DNA of 64,000 bases from Anaerolineae bacterium (lineage in GTDB: Bacteria > Chloroflexota > Anaerolineae > B4-G1 > SLSP01). A program made the position numbers and the translations under genes. Of the stretch, positions 52,674 through 64,000 are shown in pieces. The notes under the pieces were generated by a model. The model saw nothing but the letters and a program-made list of their open reading frames with translations, was not told the DNA's origin and did no database searches. Positions within the stretch are counted from its first letter, which is position 1. Each line of letters opens with the position of its first letter. Where the stretch lies: the NCBI GenBank assembly GCA_034676805.1, contig JAXDDO010000024.1, forward strand, positions 43,323 to 107,322, written 5' to 3'.

Positions 52674-53765
52674 ATGCCTGAAATCCATATGGATGCACCT
52701 GCAAACGTAATCGTAGATGCGCACCTCGATGTGGCCTACAACGCTGTCACTCTGCAGCGCGACCTGGGACGCCCCGTAGACGAGATCCGTGAGCACGAAC
52801 GTCACCATTCCACAACGGATCCCGGAGCCGGGACCTGCACGGTGAGCTGGCCTGCGCTGCGCGACGGGCGTGTCGCGATCATCGGGGGCAGCCTCTTCGT
52901 GCAGCCGGCGCGGAAGTCCCGACCGGTGCCGACCGCCACGTATCGCACGGCGGAGGAAGCGCACAGCCTCGGCGCACAACAACTGGACTACTACCACCGC
53001 ATGAGCGACGAGCGCGACGACGTTGCGCTGGTACTTGACACGGGCGATCTAGACAGGACGTTGGCAAGCTGGGACACAGAGGATCCCGCTGTGGGGGTCT
53101 TCGTGGTGATGGAAGGTGCAGATCCCATCCGCGAGCCCGATGAAGTCGGCTGGTGGATCGAACGTGGCGTTCGAGGCATAGCGCTTGCCTGGGCTTCGGG
53201 CAGTCGCTACGCCGGCGGAAACGCCAATCCCGGGCCCCTTACCGACGAAGGCGAGGTGCTGATCCGGCTGATGGCCGACCACAACCTACTGTTGGACGTT
53301 AGCCACCTATGGGAAGATGCTCTATACCGGGTGCTCGATCGCTATCCCGGGCCGATTGTGGCGACGCACGCCAACCCGCGAGCCTTCGTCGACATGCCGC
53401 GTGCCCTTGCCGACGATGTGATCCGCCAGATTGGAGAGCGCGAAGGCGTAGTCGGCGTGGTCGCCTACAACCGGATGCTCTCAACCGGGTGGCGTCCCGG
53501 CGACCCACGGGTGCCCCTGAACAAGCTCGTCGAGGCGATCGACCACATTTGCCAGGTTACAGGCCACGCAGGCGCGGTAGGCCTGGGATCCGATCTCGAC
53601 GGTGGCTTCGGGCGCGAAGCTGTACCGGAAGGGCTGGATTCGGTTGCAGATCTCCCGAAGATTGGGGCCTTGCTAGGCGAGCGCGGCTACTCACCATCCG
53701 ACACGGCTGCCATTCTCAGTGGGAACTGGCTGCGCGTCATGCGCAGGGTATTGGAGGCGTTCTGA
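52674..53765 (+). CDS. membrane dipeptidase (peptidase family M19)
   Basis: Start chosen at the ATG at 52674 with GGGAG upstream. M19 signature residues (VDAHLDVAYN...SHLWEDALYRV...VATHANPRA...GVVGVV). Confidence 0.8.
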   Translation: MPEIHMDAPANVIVDAHLDVAYNAVTLQRDLGRPVDEIREHERHHSTTDPGAGTCTVSWPALRDGRVAIIGGSLFVQPARKSRPVPTATYRTAEEAHSLGAQQLDYYHRMSDERDDVALVLDTGDLDRTLASWDTEDPAVGVFVVMEGADPIREPDEVGWWIERGVRGIALAWASGSRYAGGNANPGPLTDEGEVLIRLMADHNLLLDVSHLWEDALYRVLDRYPGPIVATHANPRAFVDMPRALADDVIRQIGEREGVVGVVAYNRMLSTGWRPGDPRVPLNKLVEAIDHICQVTGHAGAVGLGSDLDGGFGREAVPEGLDSVADLPKIGALLGERGYSPSDTAAILSGNWLRVMRRVLEAF

Positions 53766-53799
53766 GCCGCGCCGAGACTCTCCAGCTGTGTTCCGACCC

Positions 53800-53827
53800 T
53801 TGTCATCTGGGACGGTTGTGGTATTAT
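53800..53827 (+). promoter_or_regulatory. sigma70-type promoter (TTGTCA, 16-nt spacer, TATTAT) immediately downstream of the dipeptidase gene
   Basis: Hexamers read directly at 53800-53805 and 53822-53827. Confidence 0.45.
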
Positions 53828-53830
53828 AGC

Positions 53831-54050
53831 GTCACTCCTGCCGTGTACGTGGAACCGGTACAGGGTTTTGAGCCAACACCTTAAGAAAACGGGAACCTAA
53901 AGTCCAGGATGAGGCTGCGGTAGCCCTCGGGCAAGGCACAACCATCCGGCAAGGTACCCACCTGCGCAAGCAGGGTCAAAACTAACGGTGCACGGCACGG
54001 CGGGACTGACTTATGCGAGAGCCGCGTCCGGATTCCCCGGCGCGGCTTTT
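53831..54050 (+). ncRNA. candidate structured small RNA (~215 nt) bounded by a promoter and an intrinsic terminator; 6S-like rod architecture is possible
   Basis: The 5' end (GTCACTCCTGCCGTG, 53831-53845) pairs 14/15 with CACGGCGGGACTGAC (53996-54010). There are internal helices (GTTTTGA/TCAAAAC; GGATG...CATCC; CCTGC gcaa GCAGG). The terminator hairpin at 54020-54047 is followed by TTTTCGTT. There is no ORF with an RBS. Confidence 0.35.
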
Positions 54051-54133
54051 CGTTGCCTGTGGCACCAGCGTCGCCCCGAACGCTCCCCTATCTGCACGCA
54101 AAATAGCACAGCCAAACATTATGTAAAGTAGGC

Positions 54134-54162
54134 TTGACTTTGCCCTTCGCCTATGTTATGCT
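54134..54162 (+). promoter_or_regulatory. sigma70-type promoter (TTGACT, 17-nt spacer, TATGCT) for the MBL-hydrolase/xer operon
   Basis: Hexamers read directly, about 80 nt upstream of the 54242 start. Confidence 0.45.
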
Positions 54163-54241
54163 CAAAAAGCTGATCAGCGCCTGTGAATCGCTGCTAGACA
54201 CCCGTCCAGGCAGACTGCAAGCATCTTGAACCGAGGGGTCC

Positions 54242-55087
54242 ATGTACTGGGAACGAGTTTCCGAAGAGATCTTCCTTTTCACGAGTGATCGCTACGCATT
54301 GGTCAACTCCGTCGCCGTCCTAACTGATCGCGGGACCGTTGTCATCGACGCCCTTCCTTTCCCCGATGAAGCCCGCCAGATTGCCCGTTTCCTGGAAGTT
54401 CGATCTGGAATGGACTTCTTCTCTCTTATCCTCACGCATCATCACATGGATCACGTCTACGGTTTGTACGCTTTCCCCGAGCACCTCGATGTCATCGCAC
54501 ACGAGCTCTGCCGGCAGCGGCTCCTAGAGATTGGCGAGTCCTCCTTACAGGAGGCCCGCGAGAGCGATCCGGCGTTCGCCGAGGTCACCTTGCGCATTCC
54601 CACGGTCACCTTCGAGACAGGTGAATTGCTGGTCGATGCCGGGAACAAGACCTTCAGGCTCTTCTCGCTCCCCGGACACAGTGCCGACAACATTGGCGTG
54701 TACATCGAGCAGGATGAGGTGCTCATCACTGGTGACGCCGTTATGGCAATTCCGATCATCGCGAACGGCAATTGGGAGCAGGAGGTCCAGACCCTGGAGC
54801 TCATCAAGGCAATGGAGCCCGACACCATCATTCAGGGACACGGTGAGGTGATCCTGCGTGGCGAAGTCAAGACGATGATGGATCAGTACATCCGCTACCT
54901 CCAATGCGTTAAGCGCCAGGCACAGACCATCCTGAAGAAGGGGCGCGACCGCAGGGAGATCTGGGACATTCCCCTGGAGAAGTGTGGACTGGAGCGGGTG
55001 CCGCTCGGTATTGCCAGCCACCAGCTACACGTCGCCAACATCCTCAGCGTCTACGATAAGCTGAAGGCTGAGCAGGAGGCGGGCTAG
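54242..55087 (+). CDS. MBL-fold metallo-hydrolase
   Basis: 281 aa with the HxHxDH motif (LTHHHMDHVYG). Confidence 0.8.
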   Translation: MYWERVSEEIFLFTSDRYALVNSVAVLTDRGTVVIDALPFPDEARQIARFLEVRSGMDFFSLILTHHHMDHVYGLYAFPEHLDVIAHELCRQRLLEIGESSLQEARESDPAFAEVTLRIPTVTFETGELLVDAGNKTFRLFSLPGHSADNIGVYIEQDEVLITGDAVMAIPIIANGNWEQEVQTLELIKAMEPDTIIQGHGEVILRGEVKTMMDQYIRYLQCVKRQAQTILKKGRDRREIWDIPLEKCGLERVPLGIASHQLHVANILSVYDKLKAEQEAG

Positions 55088-55102
55088 GCTCGGCAGGACG
55101 TC

Positions 55103-56011
55103 ATGTCGGCGCTGCATGCCTGGCTAGACCGCTATCTGCGTTCTCTGCAGCAGGACAACGCCTCGCCTTACACCGTCAAGAACTACGGCACCGACATCGC
55201 ACAGTTTCTCGATTTCTGCATCGCGCAAGGTGTCGGCACGCTGGAGGACCTGGACCGCGACGTGGTGCGCGCGTACATGGCCAAGCTTGACGAGGACAGC
55301 ATCGTACGTGCCAGCATCGCTCGGTGTGTCTTTGAGCTGCGAGCCTTCGGTGACTTCCTCGTCCGCCAGAAGGCGTGGCAACATAATGTATTCCGGCGCA
55401 TCTACGCGCCACGCGTCCCCCGGCGGCTTCCACGCTATCTCACACTGGAGGAGGCCAAGCGCCTGCTGGCAATCCCCGACGTCTCAGAGCCCCAAGGGCT
55501 GCGGGACCGCGCTATCCTGGAGGTGCTCTACGCTTCGGGGGTCCGTGTTAGCGAACTTGTGAGACTGGATTTGGGCGACGCGGACCTCATCGCCGGCGAG
55601 CTGCGCGTTATCGGCAAAGGAGACAAAGAACGGATCGCGCTCATCGGTCGACCTGCCGTAGCGGCACTCCGCTCCTACATCGAGCACGGGCGGCCCGAAC
55701 TGCTGGGAGATAAAGCTGCAGCGGCGATCTTTATCAACCGGCTGGGAGGCCGTCTCTCGTCACGCTCGGTGGACACGGTGGTGCGCAAGGCCGGAAACGC
55801 CGCCGGCATCGACCAGACGGTGACTCCCCACCTGCTGCGCCACACCTTCGCGACCCATATGCTCGACGGCGGCGCCGATCTGCGCGTCGTGCAGGAGCTA
55901 CTCGGGCACGAGAACATCGCCACAACACAGATCTACGCCAACGTGACCCAAGGGCGGGCGCGCGAGATCTACCTCAAAGCCCATCCACGCGCTTCCGGCG
56001 ACCGGCACTGA
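55103..56011 (+). CDS. tyrosine recombinase XerC/XerD family
   Basis: 302 aa with an N-terminal SAM-like domain and a C-terminal catalytic R..HxxR..Y (LLRHTFATHMLDGGADLRVVQELLGHENIATTQIYANV). Confidence 0.85.
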   Translation: MSALHAWLDRYLRSLQQDNASPYTVKNYGTDIAQFLDFCIAQGVGTLEDLDRDVVRAYMAKLDEDSIVRASIARCVFELRAFGDFLVRQKAWQHNVFRRIYAPRVPRRLPRYLTLEEAKRLLAIPDVSEPQGLRDRAILEVLYASGVRVSELVRLDLGDADLIAGELRVIGKGDKERIALIGRPAVAALRSYIEHGRPELLGDKAAAAIFINRLGGRLSSRSVDTVVRKAGNAAGIDQTVTPHLLRHTFATHMLDGGADLRVVQELLGHENIATTQIYANVTQGRAREIYLKAHPRASGDRH

Positions 56012-56075
56012 GCCGTGGGCATGAAAAAGGGCGGAGCCAGTGGCTCCGCCCTTTCGATGGTTCACGCGTTACGAC

Positions 56076-58574
<2,499 letters not shown>

Positions 58575-58852
58575 GTCGGTAACCTCTATATCGTCCCAGA
58601 AAGCATTATCCGTTACCAGGCCCACGAACCGGACCTAGAAGGCCGATGCAAGGGCATCGGAGCATATACCCCTCACGCCGACCTAACGACACCGCCCCCG
58701 ACGCGACAACCTCCTTGTTACACTCCCATCCCGAAAATCGTCGATCCAGAGAGCGGCACCCAGTGCGTTCCACGTCTCACGCCACAAGCCAACCACGTTA
58801 GCTGACCTCATTATAGCACAAAACAAGCGGTGAAGTAGGGAGCGCAACTTGC

Positions 58853-58886
58853 GACGAAAAAGGGCATGAACGGGAAGTTCATGCCC
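58853..58886 (-). terminator. intrinsic terminator downstream of pnp and the small acidic ORF
   Basis: A 10-bp perfect stem (GGGCATGAAC / GTTCATGCCC, 58861-58885) followed on the minus strand by TTTTTCG. Confidence 0.55.
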
Positions 58887-58935
58887 TGTCTTCGCCGATC
58901 TGAATCAGAGATCGTCGACGGCGCCCCCGGTTGGA

Positions 58936-59142
58936 TTACCGAACCGACTCCAGAATCACGCCGACGAATTCCTCCCACTCGTCCGAAAACAAGTGCAGCG
59001 TGAGGTTCTCGAGCTCAACGTGGTAGATGACCTCGTTGAGCTCCTCCTCTTTGGACACCCACACCGTGTAGTGCTCAGACTCGCCCAGCGTCTTTACATC
59101 AGGCTCTTGGTTCACTGGATCCTCCTGCGTCATTTCAACCAC
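58936..59142 (-). CDS. hypothetical small acidic protein (68 aa)
   Basis: The ORF sits between pnp and the terminator. It has a weak RBS and no recognised motif. Confidence 0.35.
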   Translation of the reverse strand: MVEMTQEDPVNQEPDVKTLGESEHYTVWVSKEEELNEVIYHVELENLTLHLFSDEWEEFVGVILESVR

Positions 59143-59167
59143 TCACGAATAGATAGCGCAGCGTGAG

Positions 59168-61354
59168 CTAACCACGCCGGCGTGAACGCCCGCCGCCACC
59201 GCCGCCCCGGCGCCCACCCGAGGGGGGCGAATCCTGGGCCTGAGCTTCCTCCAAGGTCCAGCCTTCCAACACGGCCTGTCGGGAGAGGCGCACTTTGCCG
59301 TCGGGCGAGACGTCCGTAACCATCACCACGATCTCATCGCCGACGTTGACCACATCTGTGACTTTCTCGACACGCGTGTCCGAGAGCTGTGAGATATGGA
59401 CCATGCCGTCCGTTCCCGGCAGGATCTCGACGAACGCACCGAAATCGGTGACGCGAACGACCTTCCCGGTGTAGACCTGTCCCAGTTTCGCCGTCTGCAT
59501 CATCGATTCCACATAGGCGAGTGCCCGTTGCGCGCCATCGCCCCCTGCAGCAGCAATGAAGACGGTGCCGTCCTCCTCGACATCCACCTTGACCCCGTAG
59601 TCCGACTGGATGGCCCGGATGTTCTTGCCGCCGGGGCCGATGAGCGCACCAATCTTGTCCACGTCGATCTGCGTGGTCAGCATCTTGGGCGCAAACTCGG
59701 AGAGCGTCGCGCGTGGGGCCGAGATTGCGGCCTCGATCACGGCGATGATCTGTTCACGGGCGACCCGCGCCTGCTCCAACGCCTCGGTCAGGATCTCGCG
59801 GCTGACACCCTTGATCTTGATATCCATCTGCAGCGCCGTGATCCCTTCGCGGGTCCCGGTGACCTTGAAGTCCATATCGCCCAGGTGGTCTTCGATGCCC
59901 TGGATATCGGTCAAAACGCGGTAGCGGCTGCCATCCGAGACCAGGCCCATCGCGATGCCGCCCACCGGCGCCTTGATCGGCACACCCGCGTCCATCAACG
60001 CCAAGGTGCTGGCACAAGCCGAGGCCATCGAGGTGCTCCCGTTCGACGACATCACCTCGCTTACCACGCGGATCGTGTAGGGGAAGACAGCCTTAGGGGG
60101 CAGTACGGCCTCCAGTGCGCGCTCTGCCAGCGCCCCATGGCCAATCTCGCGGCGGCGTGGGCCCCGCAGAGGCCACGTCTCGCCGGTGGAGAAGGGCGGG
60201 AAGTTATAGTGATGGATGTAGCGCTTGGTCTCCTCGGGGAACAGATCGTCGAGCTCCTGTTCCTCGCCGGGCATGCCCAGGGTCGCCAGGCTCATCACCT
60301 GCGTCTCGCCGCGGGTGAACAGGCCCGACCCGTGGGGGCGCGGCACCAGGTGCACCTCGGCCTCCAGCGGCCGGATTGTGCGCGGATCACGTCCATCGGG
60401 TCGCACACCCTTCTCCAAGATCTGCTCACGCACCACTTCCTTCAGCACGTCGCTGAAAGCTTCAACGATCAGCCGCGTCGACCAGCCGTTGGCCTCGGCC
60501 TCGGGGCCGATGACGCCCAGGAGTTCTTCCTCGAGGGCGTTGAGTGCATCGATGCGTTCGCCCTTGAGCTCGGTTGTCTCGACGAGACGGTTCACGCGCT
60601 CCAGCATCAAGTCGCGAACCCGCGACGTCAGGGCCGGGGGCATGGCAAAGGAGGGGTAGTCCGCCTTTGGTTTGCCGACCGCTGCACGCATCTCGTTCTG
60701 CAGATTGATCACGCCCTGGATCGACTGGTGCGCCAACTCAATGGCATCGAGCATCACCGACTCGGGAATCTCGTTCGACCCGGCCTCAACCATAATGATC
60801 GCGTCAGCGCTGCCCGCGATGCGCAAGTCGAGCGTGCTGGTGGTCATCTGCGAGATCGTGGGGTTTACGACCAGCTTCCCATCGATGTAGCCGATGCGAA
60901 CGCCAGCCACCGGACCGTCGAAGGGGACATCGGAGATCGTCAGCGCCGCCGAGGCAGCGATGATGCCCAGCGTGTCCGAATGCTCTTGATCGCCCTGCGA
61001 CAGCGTCTGGACGATGACCTGCACGTCGTTACGCATGTCGCTGGGGAAGAGCGGACGTATAGGCCGGTCGATCAACCGGCTGGTGAGGATGGCCTTCTCC
61101 GATGGGCGCCCTTCACGACGGAAGAACGAACCGGGGATGCGACCGGCGGCGTAGAGCCGCTCCTCGAAATCCACAGTCAACGGGAAGAAGTCGATCCCCT
61201 CCCGCGGGGAACCGGACAACGTCGCCGTCGCCAGCAACACCGTGTCTCCGCACTGGGCGATGATCGCGCCACCCGCAAGCCGAGCGATCTTGCCCGTCTT
61301 GAGAATGATCTTCTGATCGCCTAACTGAGCCTCAAATACATGTTCTTCTAACAC
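59168..61354 (-). CDS. pnp: polynucleotide phosphorylase (with an Arg/Gly-rich C-terminal tail)
   Basis: 728 aa with two RNase PH domains, KH and S1 domains, and a C-terminal GGRRGGGGGGRSRRRG. Confidence 0.95.
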   Translation of the reverse strand: MLEEHVFEAQLGDQKIILKTGKIARLAGGAIIAQCGDTVLLATATLSGSPREGIDFFPLTVDFEERLYAAGRIPGSFFRREGRPSEKAILTSRLIDRPIRPLFPSDMRNDVQVIVQTLSQGDQEHSDTLGIIAASAALTISDVPFDGPVAGVRIGYIDGKLVVNPTISQMTTSTLDLRIAGSADAIIMVEAGSNEIPESVMLDAIELAHQSIQGVINLQNEMRAAVGKPKADYPSFAMPPALTSRVRDLMLERVNRLVETTELKGERIDALNALEEELLGVIGPEAEANGWSTRLIVEAFSDVLKEVVREQILEKGVRPDGRDPRTIRPLEAEVHLVPRPHGSGLFTRGETQVMSLATLGMPGEEQELDDLFPEETKRYIHHYNFPPFSTGETWPLRGPRRREIGHGALAERALEAVLPPKAVFPYTIRVVSEVMSSNGSTSMASACASTLALMDAGVPIKAPVGGIAMGLVSDGSRYRVLTDIQGIEDHLGDMDFKVTGTREGITALQMDIKIKGVSREILTEALEQARVAREQIIAVIEAAISAPRATLSEFAPKMLTTQIDVDKIGALIGPGGKNIRAIQSDYGVKVDVEEDGTVFIAAAGGDGAQRALAYVESMMQTAKLGQVYTGKVVRVTDFGAFVEILPGTDGMVHISQLSDTRVEKVTDVVNVGDEIVVMVTDVSPDGKVRLSRQAVLEGWTLEEAQAQDSPPSGGRRGGGGGGRSRRRG

Positions 61355-61537
61355 ACATAGCCTCCTAAGGCCGGCGTCCTAGCGGCGATAGAAGGTTAGA
61401 AACTGGGAACTGCTGTGCATCCGACCCCGACGGCCGTGCACCCCACTTCCCAATTCCCACCATCGATCGAACCGAGATAGGATCGCCGTTAGCTTATTAA
61501 GGTGCTTTCAGCACCAACAGACCCTACTGACACGACA

Positions 61538-61575
61538 GACGAGTAGAACGGAAGCGACTTCCTGCTCTACTCGTC
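61538..61575 (-). promoter_or_regulatory. stem-loop in the rpsO-pnp intergenic leader; candidate processing or attenuation structure
   Basis: A 10-bp stem (GACGAGTAGA / TCTACTCGTC) with an inner GGAAG/CTTCC stem. There is no T tract. Its position matches the classical rpsO-pnp regulatory spacer. Confidence 0.4.
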
Positions 61576-61603
61576 TGCCCTTGTACGCCTCAACTGTTCT
61601 AAC

Positions 61604-61870
61604 TTACCTACGCAGACCGAGCCGGCGGATCAGCTCTCGATACCGTTGAAGGTCCTTCTTCTGCAGGTAGTTGAGTTGCCGCCGCCGCTGCCCCACGAGC
61701 TTCAACAAGCCGCGACGCGAATGCTCGTCATGCTTATGGACCTTGAGATGTTCGGTCAGGTCCGTGATGCGGTACGTCAACAAAGCGATCTGGACCTCCG
61801 GCGAGCCCGTATCATTCGGCGCTGTCGCATAATCACCGATAATCTGTCCCTTGCGTTCCTTCGATAGCAC
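61604..61870 (-). CDS. rpsO: 30S ribosomal protein S15
   Basis: 88 aa with a GTG start and GGAG upstream. Contains [24 protein letters not shown]. Confidence 0.95.
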   Translation of the reverse strand: MLSKERKGQIIGDYATAPNDTGSPEVQIALLTYRITDLTEHLKVHKHDEHSRRGLLKLVGQRRRQLNYLQKKDLQRYRELIRRLGLRR

Positions 61871-61940
61871 GACTTATTACTCCTTTTAGGGAACCGGCCG
61901 ACCGTCAATCACGTGTCGGCCAGTGGTCAACTTGCGAGGC

Positions 61941-61968
61941 AGTATACCACGTAAGGTGTTTTTGACAA
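61941..61968 (-). promoter_or_regulatory. candidate sigma70 promoter for rpsO (TTGTCA, 16-nt spacer, TATACT)
   Basis: Minus-strand hexamers read directly, about 65 nt upstream of the rpsO start. Confidence 0.4.
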
Positions 61969-62079
61969 CCGTGCGGCGCGCCGTCCCATCGCGACCGCCC
62001 TGCGATGCGCTATAATAGATGAAGACGAAGACGCTGTGCACCGAGCCTGTTAACCCGGAAGACGCGAGGCGGACACCCT

Positions 62080-63312
62080 ATGACTGAAACAATCACGCTG
62101 GAACTGGATGCGATGGCCCACGGAGGCGAGGCCATCGGGCGACACGCCGGTCGCGCGATCTTCGTGCCCTACGCGATCCCCGGCGAGCGCGTGCGCGCTG
62201 AGATCACTGAGGACCACGACCGTTACGCGCGCGCCCGGTTGGTCGAGGTCCTCAGCCCGTCGCCCGCACGCGTCGATCCTCCGTGTCCCTTTTTCGGTCA
62301 GGGCAAATGCGGTGGCTGCCAGTGGCAGCACATTGACACCGCTGTTCAGGCCCGTATGAAGGGCCTGGTGACGGTCGACCAGTTCGAACGTGTCGGCAAG
62401 TTCGCCGCACCCGCCGTGTTTGAGCCCATTGCCGACGAAGTTGGCTGGGAGTATCGCAACCACGCCCTCTTTCGAGTGACGCCGGAAGGGAGACTGGGGT
62501 TCCTGGCGGCACGCAGCCACGAGGTCTACCCCATTGACGACTGCCTCATCATCCATCCGCTGTTGAGCAGCCTGTTACGCTCTCTCGATATGACTTATCC
62601 CGAGTTGGAGTGGTTGGAGATGCGCGTGGGTACCGCCACCGGGGATCTGATGTTGTTGCTGCAGGCCAAAGAAGAGGAATCGCCATCGCTGGAGGTCGAT
62701 TTCCCCCTCTCCATCGTGCAGCTACGACACGACGACGCTGTGGCGCCACTCATCGGCCTGGACTACATCCTGGAACGGATTCACGAGCGGGAGTTCCGCA
62801 TCTCGGCCACCAGCTTCTTCCAGGTGAACTCGGGCCAGGCGGCGGAACTCGTCAACATCGTGATGGGGGCACTGGACCTGCAGGGACACGAACACGTGCT
62901 GGACGCCTACTGCGGCGTCGGCCTCTTCACCGCCTTCATCGCCGAGGAAGCGGCTGCTGTGACCGGCATCGAGATCAACCCCCCGGCCGTTGTCGACGCG
63001 CGCCACAACCTGGCCGGTGTTGACAATGTGGCAATCCTGGAAGGGCCTGTCGAGGAGCTCCTGTCGGACGTCACAGACCGCCTGGACGCCGTCGTCGTCG
63101 ATCCGCCCCGCGCCGGCCTGGGTATCGAGGTGATCGATGCTCTCATCGATCGCCAGCCAGAGCGCCTTGTCTACGTCTCGTGCGACCCTGCCACCCTGGC
63201 GCGCGACTGCCGGCGCCTAGTCAACCACGGCTACGCGCTCGAATGGGTACAGCCTGTCGATCTTTTCCCGCAGACGTATCACATCGAAAACGTAGCCCTG
63301 CTTTCGCGCTGA
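62080..63312 (+). CDS. rlmD: 23S rRNA (uracil-C5)-methyltransferase RlmD/RumA family (TRAM + Fe-S + SAM MTase)
   Basis: 410 aa with an N-terminal TRAM domain, the cysteine cluster CPFFGQGKCGGCQWQH, and a C-terminal MTase with the catalytic YVSCDPATLARD. Confidence 0.85.
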   Translation: MTETITLELDAMAHGGEAIGRHAGRAIFVPYAIPGERVRAEITEDHDRYARARLVEVLSPSPARVDPPCPFFGQGKCGGCQWQHIDTAVQARMKGLVTVDQFERVGKFAAPAVFEPIADEVGWEYRNHALFRVTPEGRLGFLAARSHEVYPIDDCLIIHPLLSSLLRSLDMTYPELEWLEMRVGTATGDLMLLLQAKEEESPSLEVDFPLSIVQLRHDDAVAPLIGLDYILERIHEREFRISATSFFQVNSGQAAELVNIVMGALDLQGHEHVLDAYCGVGLFTAFIAEEAAAVTGIEINPPAVVDARHNLAGVDNVAILEGPVEELLSDVTDRLDAVVVDPPRAGLGIEVIDALIDRQPERLVYVSCDPATLARDCRRLVNHGYALEWVQPVDLFPQTYHIENVALLSR

Positions 63313-63337
63313 GGATTGCAGAGGAGGTCACACGCCC

Positions 63338-64000
63338 ATGGTCCGCCGCGTACCGCTCTACCAGATCGATGCTTTCACCGGCACCGCGTTCACGGGCAAC
63401 CCGGCTGCCGTATGCCTGCTCGACTCGCCTCTGAACGCCACCTGGATGCAGGCGATTGCTGCTGAGATGGCGCTGTCCGAAACCGCGTTCCTGCTGCGGG
63501 CCGGCACCCGGCGGTGGCAATCAGCAGACACCTTCAGGCTGCGCTGGTTCACACCCACGACCGAGGTGCCGCTGTGCGGTCACGCGACGCTTGCCACTGC
63601 CGCCGTGCTCTTCGACGTGATCGGCGTGGAGGCAGATGCCGTAACGTTCCAGACGCTGAGCGGGGATTTGGTTGCCCGCAGAGGCACGCAGGGCATCGCC
63701 CTTGATTTCCCTTTGGACGCTCCCCGGCCTTGCGCCCCGCCGGCAGACGTGCTTGAGGCGCTGGGGCTATCCCCAACAGCCGTTGTCGACACAGCATTCG
63801 GCGTCGCAACGCGCAAGCTCCTCATCCATCTGGGAGACGAGGCGTTCGTCCGCGCGCTGAGACCCGCGTTTCCAGCGCTCCAGGACGCAGAGAGTATGCG
63901 GGAGTACCGGGGCCTCATCGTCACCGCAGCAGGCCATCCACCCTATGACTTCGTGTCGCGGTTCTTTGCGCCGTGGATCGGTATTGACGAAGACCCTGTC
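63338..64000 (+). CDS. PhzF family phenazine biosynthesis-like isomerase (partial, runs off the window end)
   Basis: N-terminal VPLYQIDAFTGTAFTGNPAAVCLL...SETAFLL is typical of PhzF/YddE. GAGGAGG RBS upstream. Confidence 0.8.
   Translation, partial: MVRRVPLYQIDAFTGTAFTGNPAAVCLLDSPLNATWMQAIAAEMALSETAFLLRAGTRRWQSADTFRLRWFTPTTEVPLCGHATLATAAVLFDVIGVEADAVTFQTLSGDLVARRGTQGIALDFPLDAPRPCAPPADVLEALGLSPTAVVDTAFGVATRKLLIHLGDEAFVRALRPAFPALQDAESMREYRGLIVTAAGHPPYDFVSRFFAPWIGIDEDPV

Noticed and set aside
53895-53960. Resemblance of CAGGATGAGGCTGCGG...GGCAAGGCAC to the SRP RNA domain IV motif (AGCAGCCAAGGCAG)
   Set aside because: The match is only partial, and the GGAA-type tetraloop and symmetric-loop context cannot be placed. 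It is kept only as part of the generic sRNA candidate.
54242-56011. MBL hydrolase plus tyrosine recombinase as a possible integrative or mobile element
   Set aside because: The recombinase has XerC/D core features and is a single housekeeping-type copy. There are no flanking direct repeats, no tRNA attachment site, and no phage or transposase genes.

Overview
This is a high-GC (~65-68%) bacterial chromosomal segment. Its core (3.6-28.2 kb) is the conserved ribosomal-protein superoperon on the minus strand: a solitary rpoB with its own strong promoter and ~190-nt leader (no rplJ/rplL upstream, no rpoC downstream), then rpsL-rpsG-fusA-tuf, the S10 cluster (rpsJ to rpsQ), the spc cluster (rplN to rplO, secY), rpmJ-rpsM-rpsK-rpsD-rpoA-rplQ, then truA and rplM-rpsI. 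adk, map and infA, which usually sit between secY and rpmJ, are absent here. A LysM/M23 peptidase (partial), trxA and a MazG/tetrapyrrole-methylase fusion gene lie at the left end. To the right of rpoB are an envelope locus (LysM lipoprotein with Pro/Thr-rich linkers, a membrane metal-hydrolase-like protein, a divergent GT39/PMT-like glycosyltransferase), an MFS transporter and a Nudix hydrolase. A long minus-strand metabolic cluster follows: a four-subunit 2-oxoacid:ferredoxin oxidoreductase (delta-alpha-beta-gamma), an intrinsic terminator, then ubiE-like methyltransferase, a biotin-dependent Na+-translocating decarboxylase (carboxyltransferase, OadG-like, BCCP, OadB) with an extra 263-aa ORF, and upstream of that a PyrK/PyrD-like pair with substituted catalytic residues coupled to a small membrane protein. 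The right end carries lpdA-cmk-rluB, dgt, bcp, an FHA membrane protein, an M19 dipeptidase, an MBL hydrolase with XerC/D recombinase, clpC, pnp, rpsO, rlmD and a partial phzF-like gene. The observations most worth a second look are: (i) a promoter-plus-terminator-bounded ~215-nt candidate structured sRNA between the dipeptidase and MBL genes; (ii) an EF-Tu whose switch I/effector loop departs from the near-universal DNAPEEKARGITI sequence; (iii) the PyrK/PyrD-like pseudo-DHOD pair linked to ubiE and the Na+ pump operon; (iv) the extra ORF inside the decarboxylase operon; (v) a candidate protein O-mannosylation module (GT39 plus PT-rich LysM lipoprotein). No CRISPR array, rRNA, tRNA or transposase was found.
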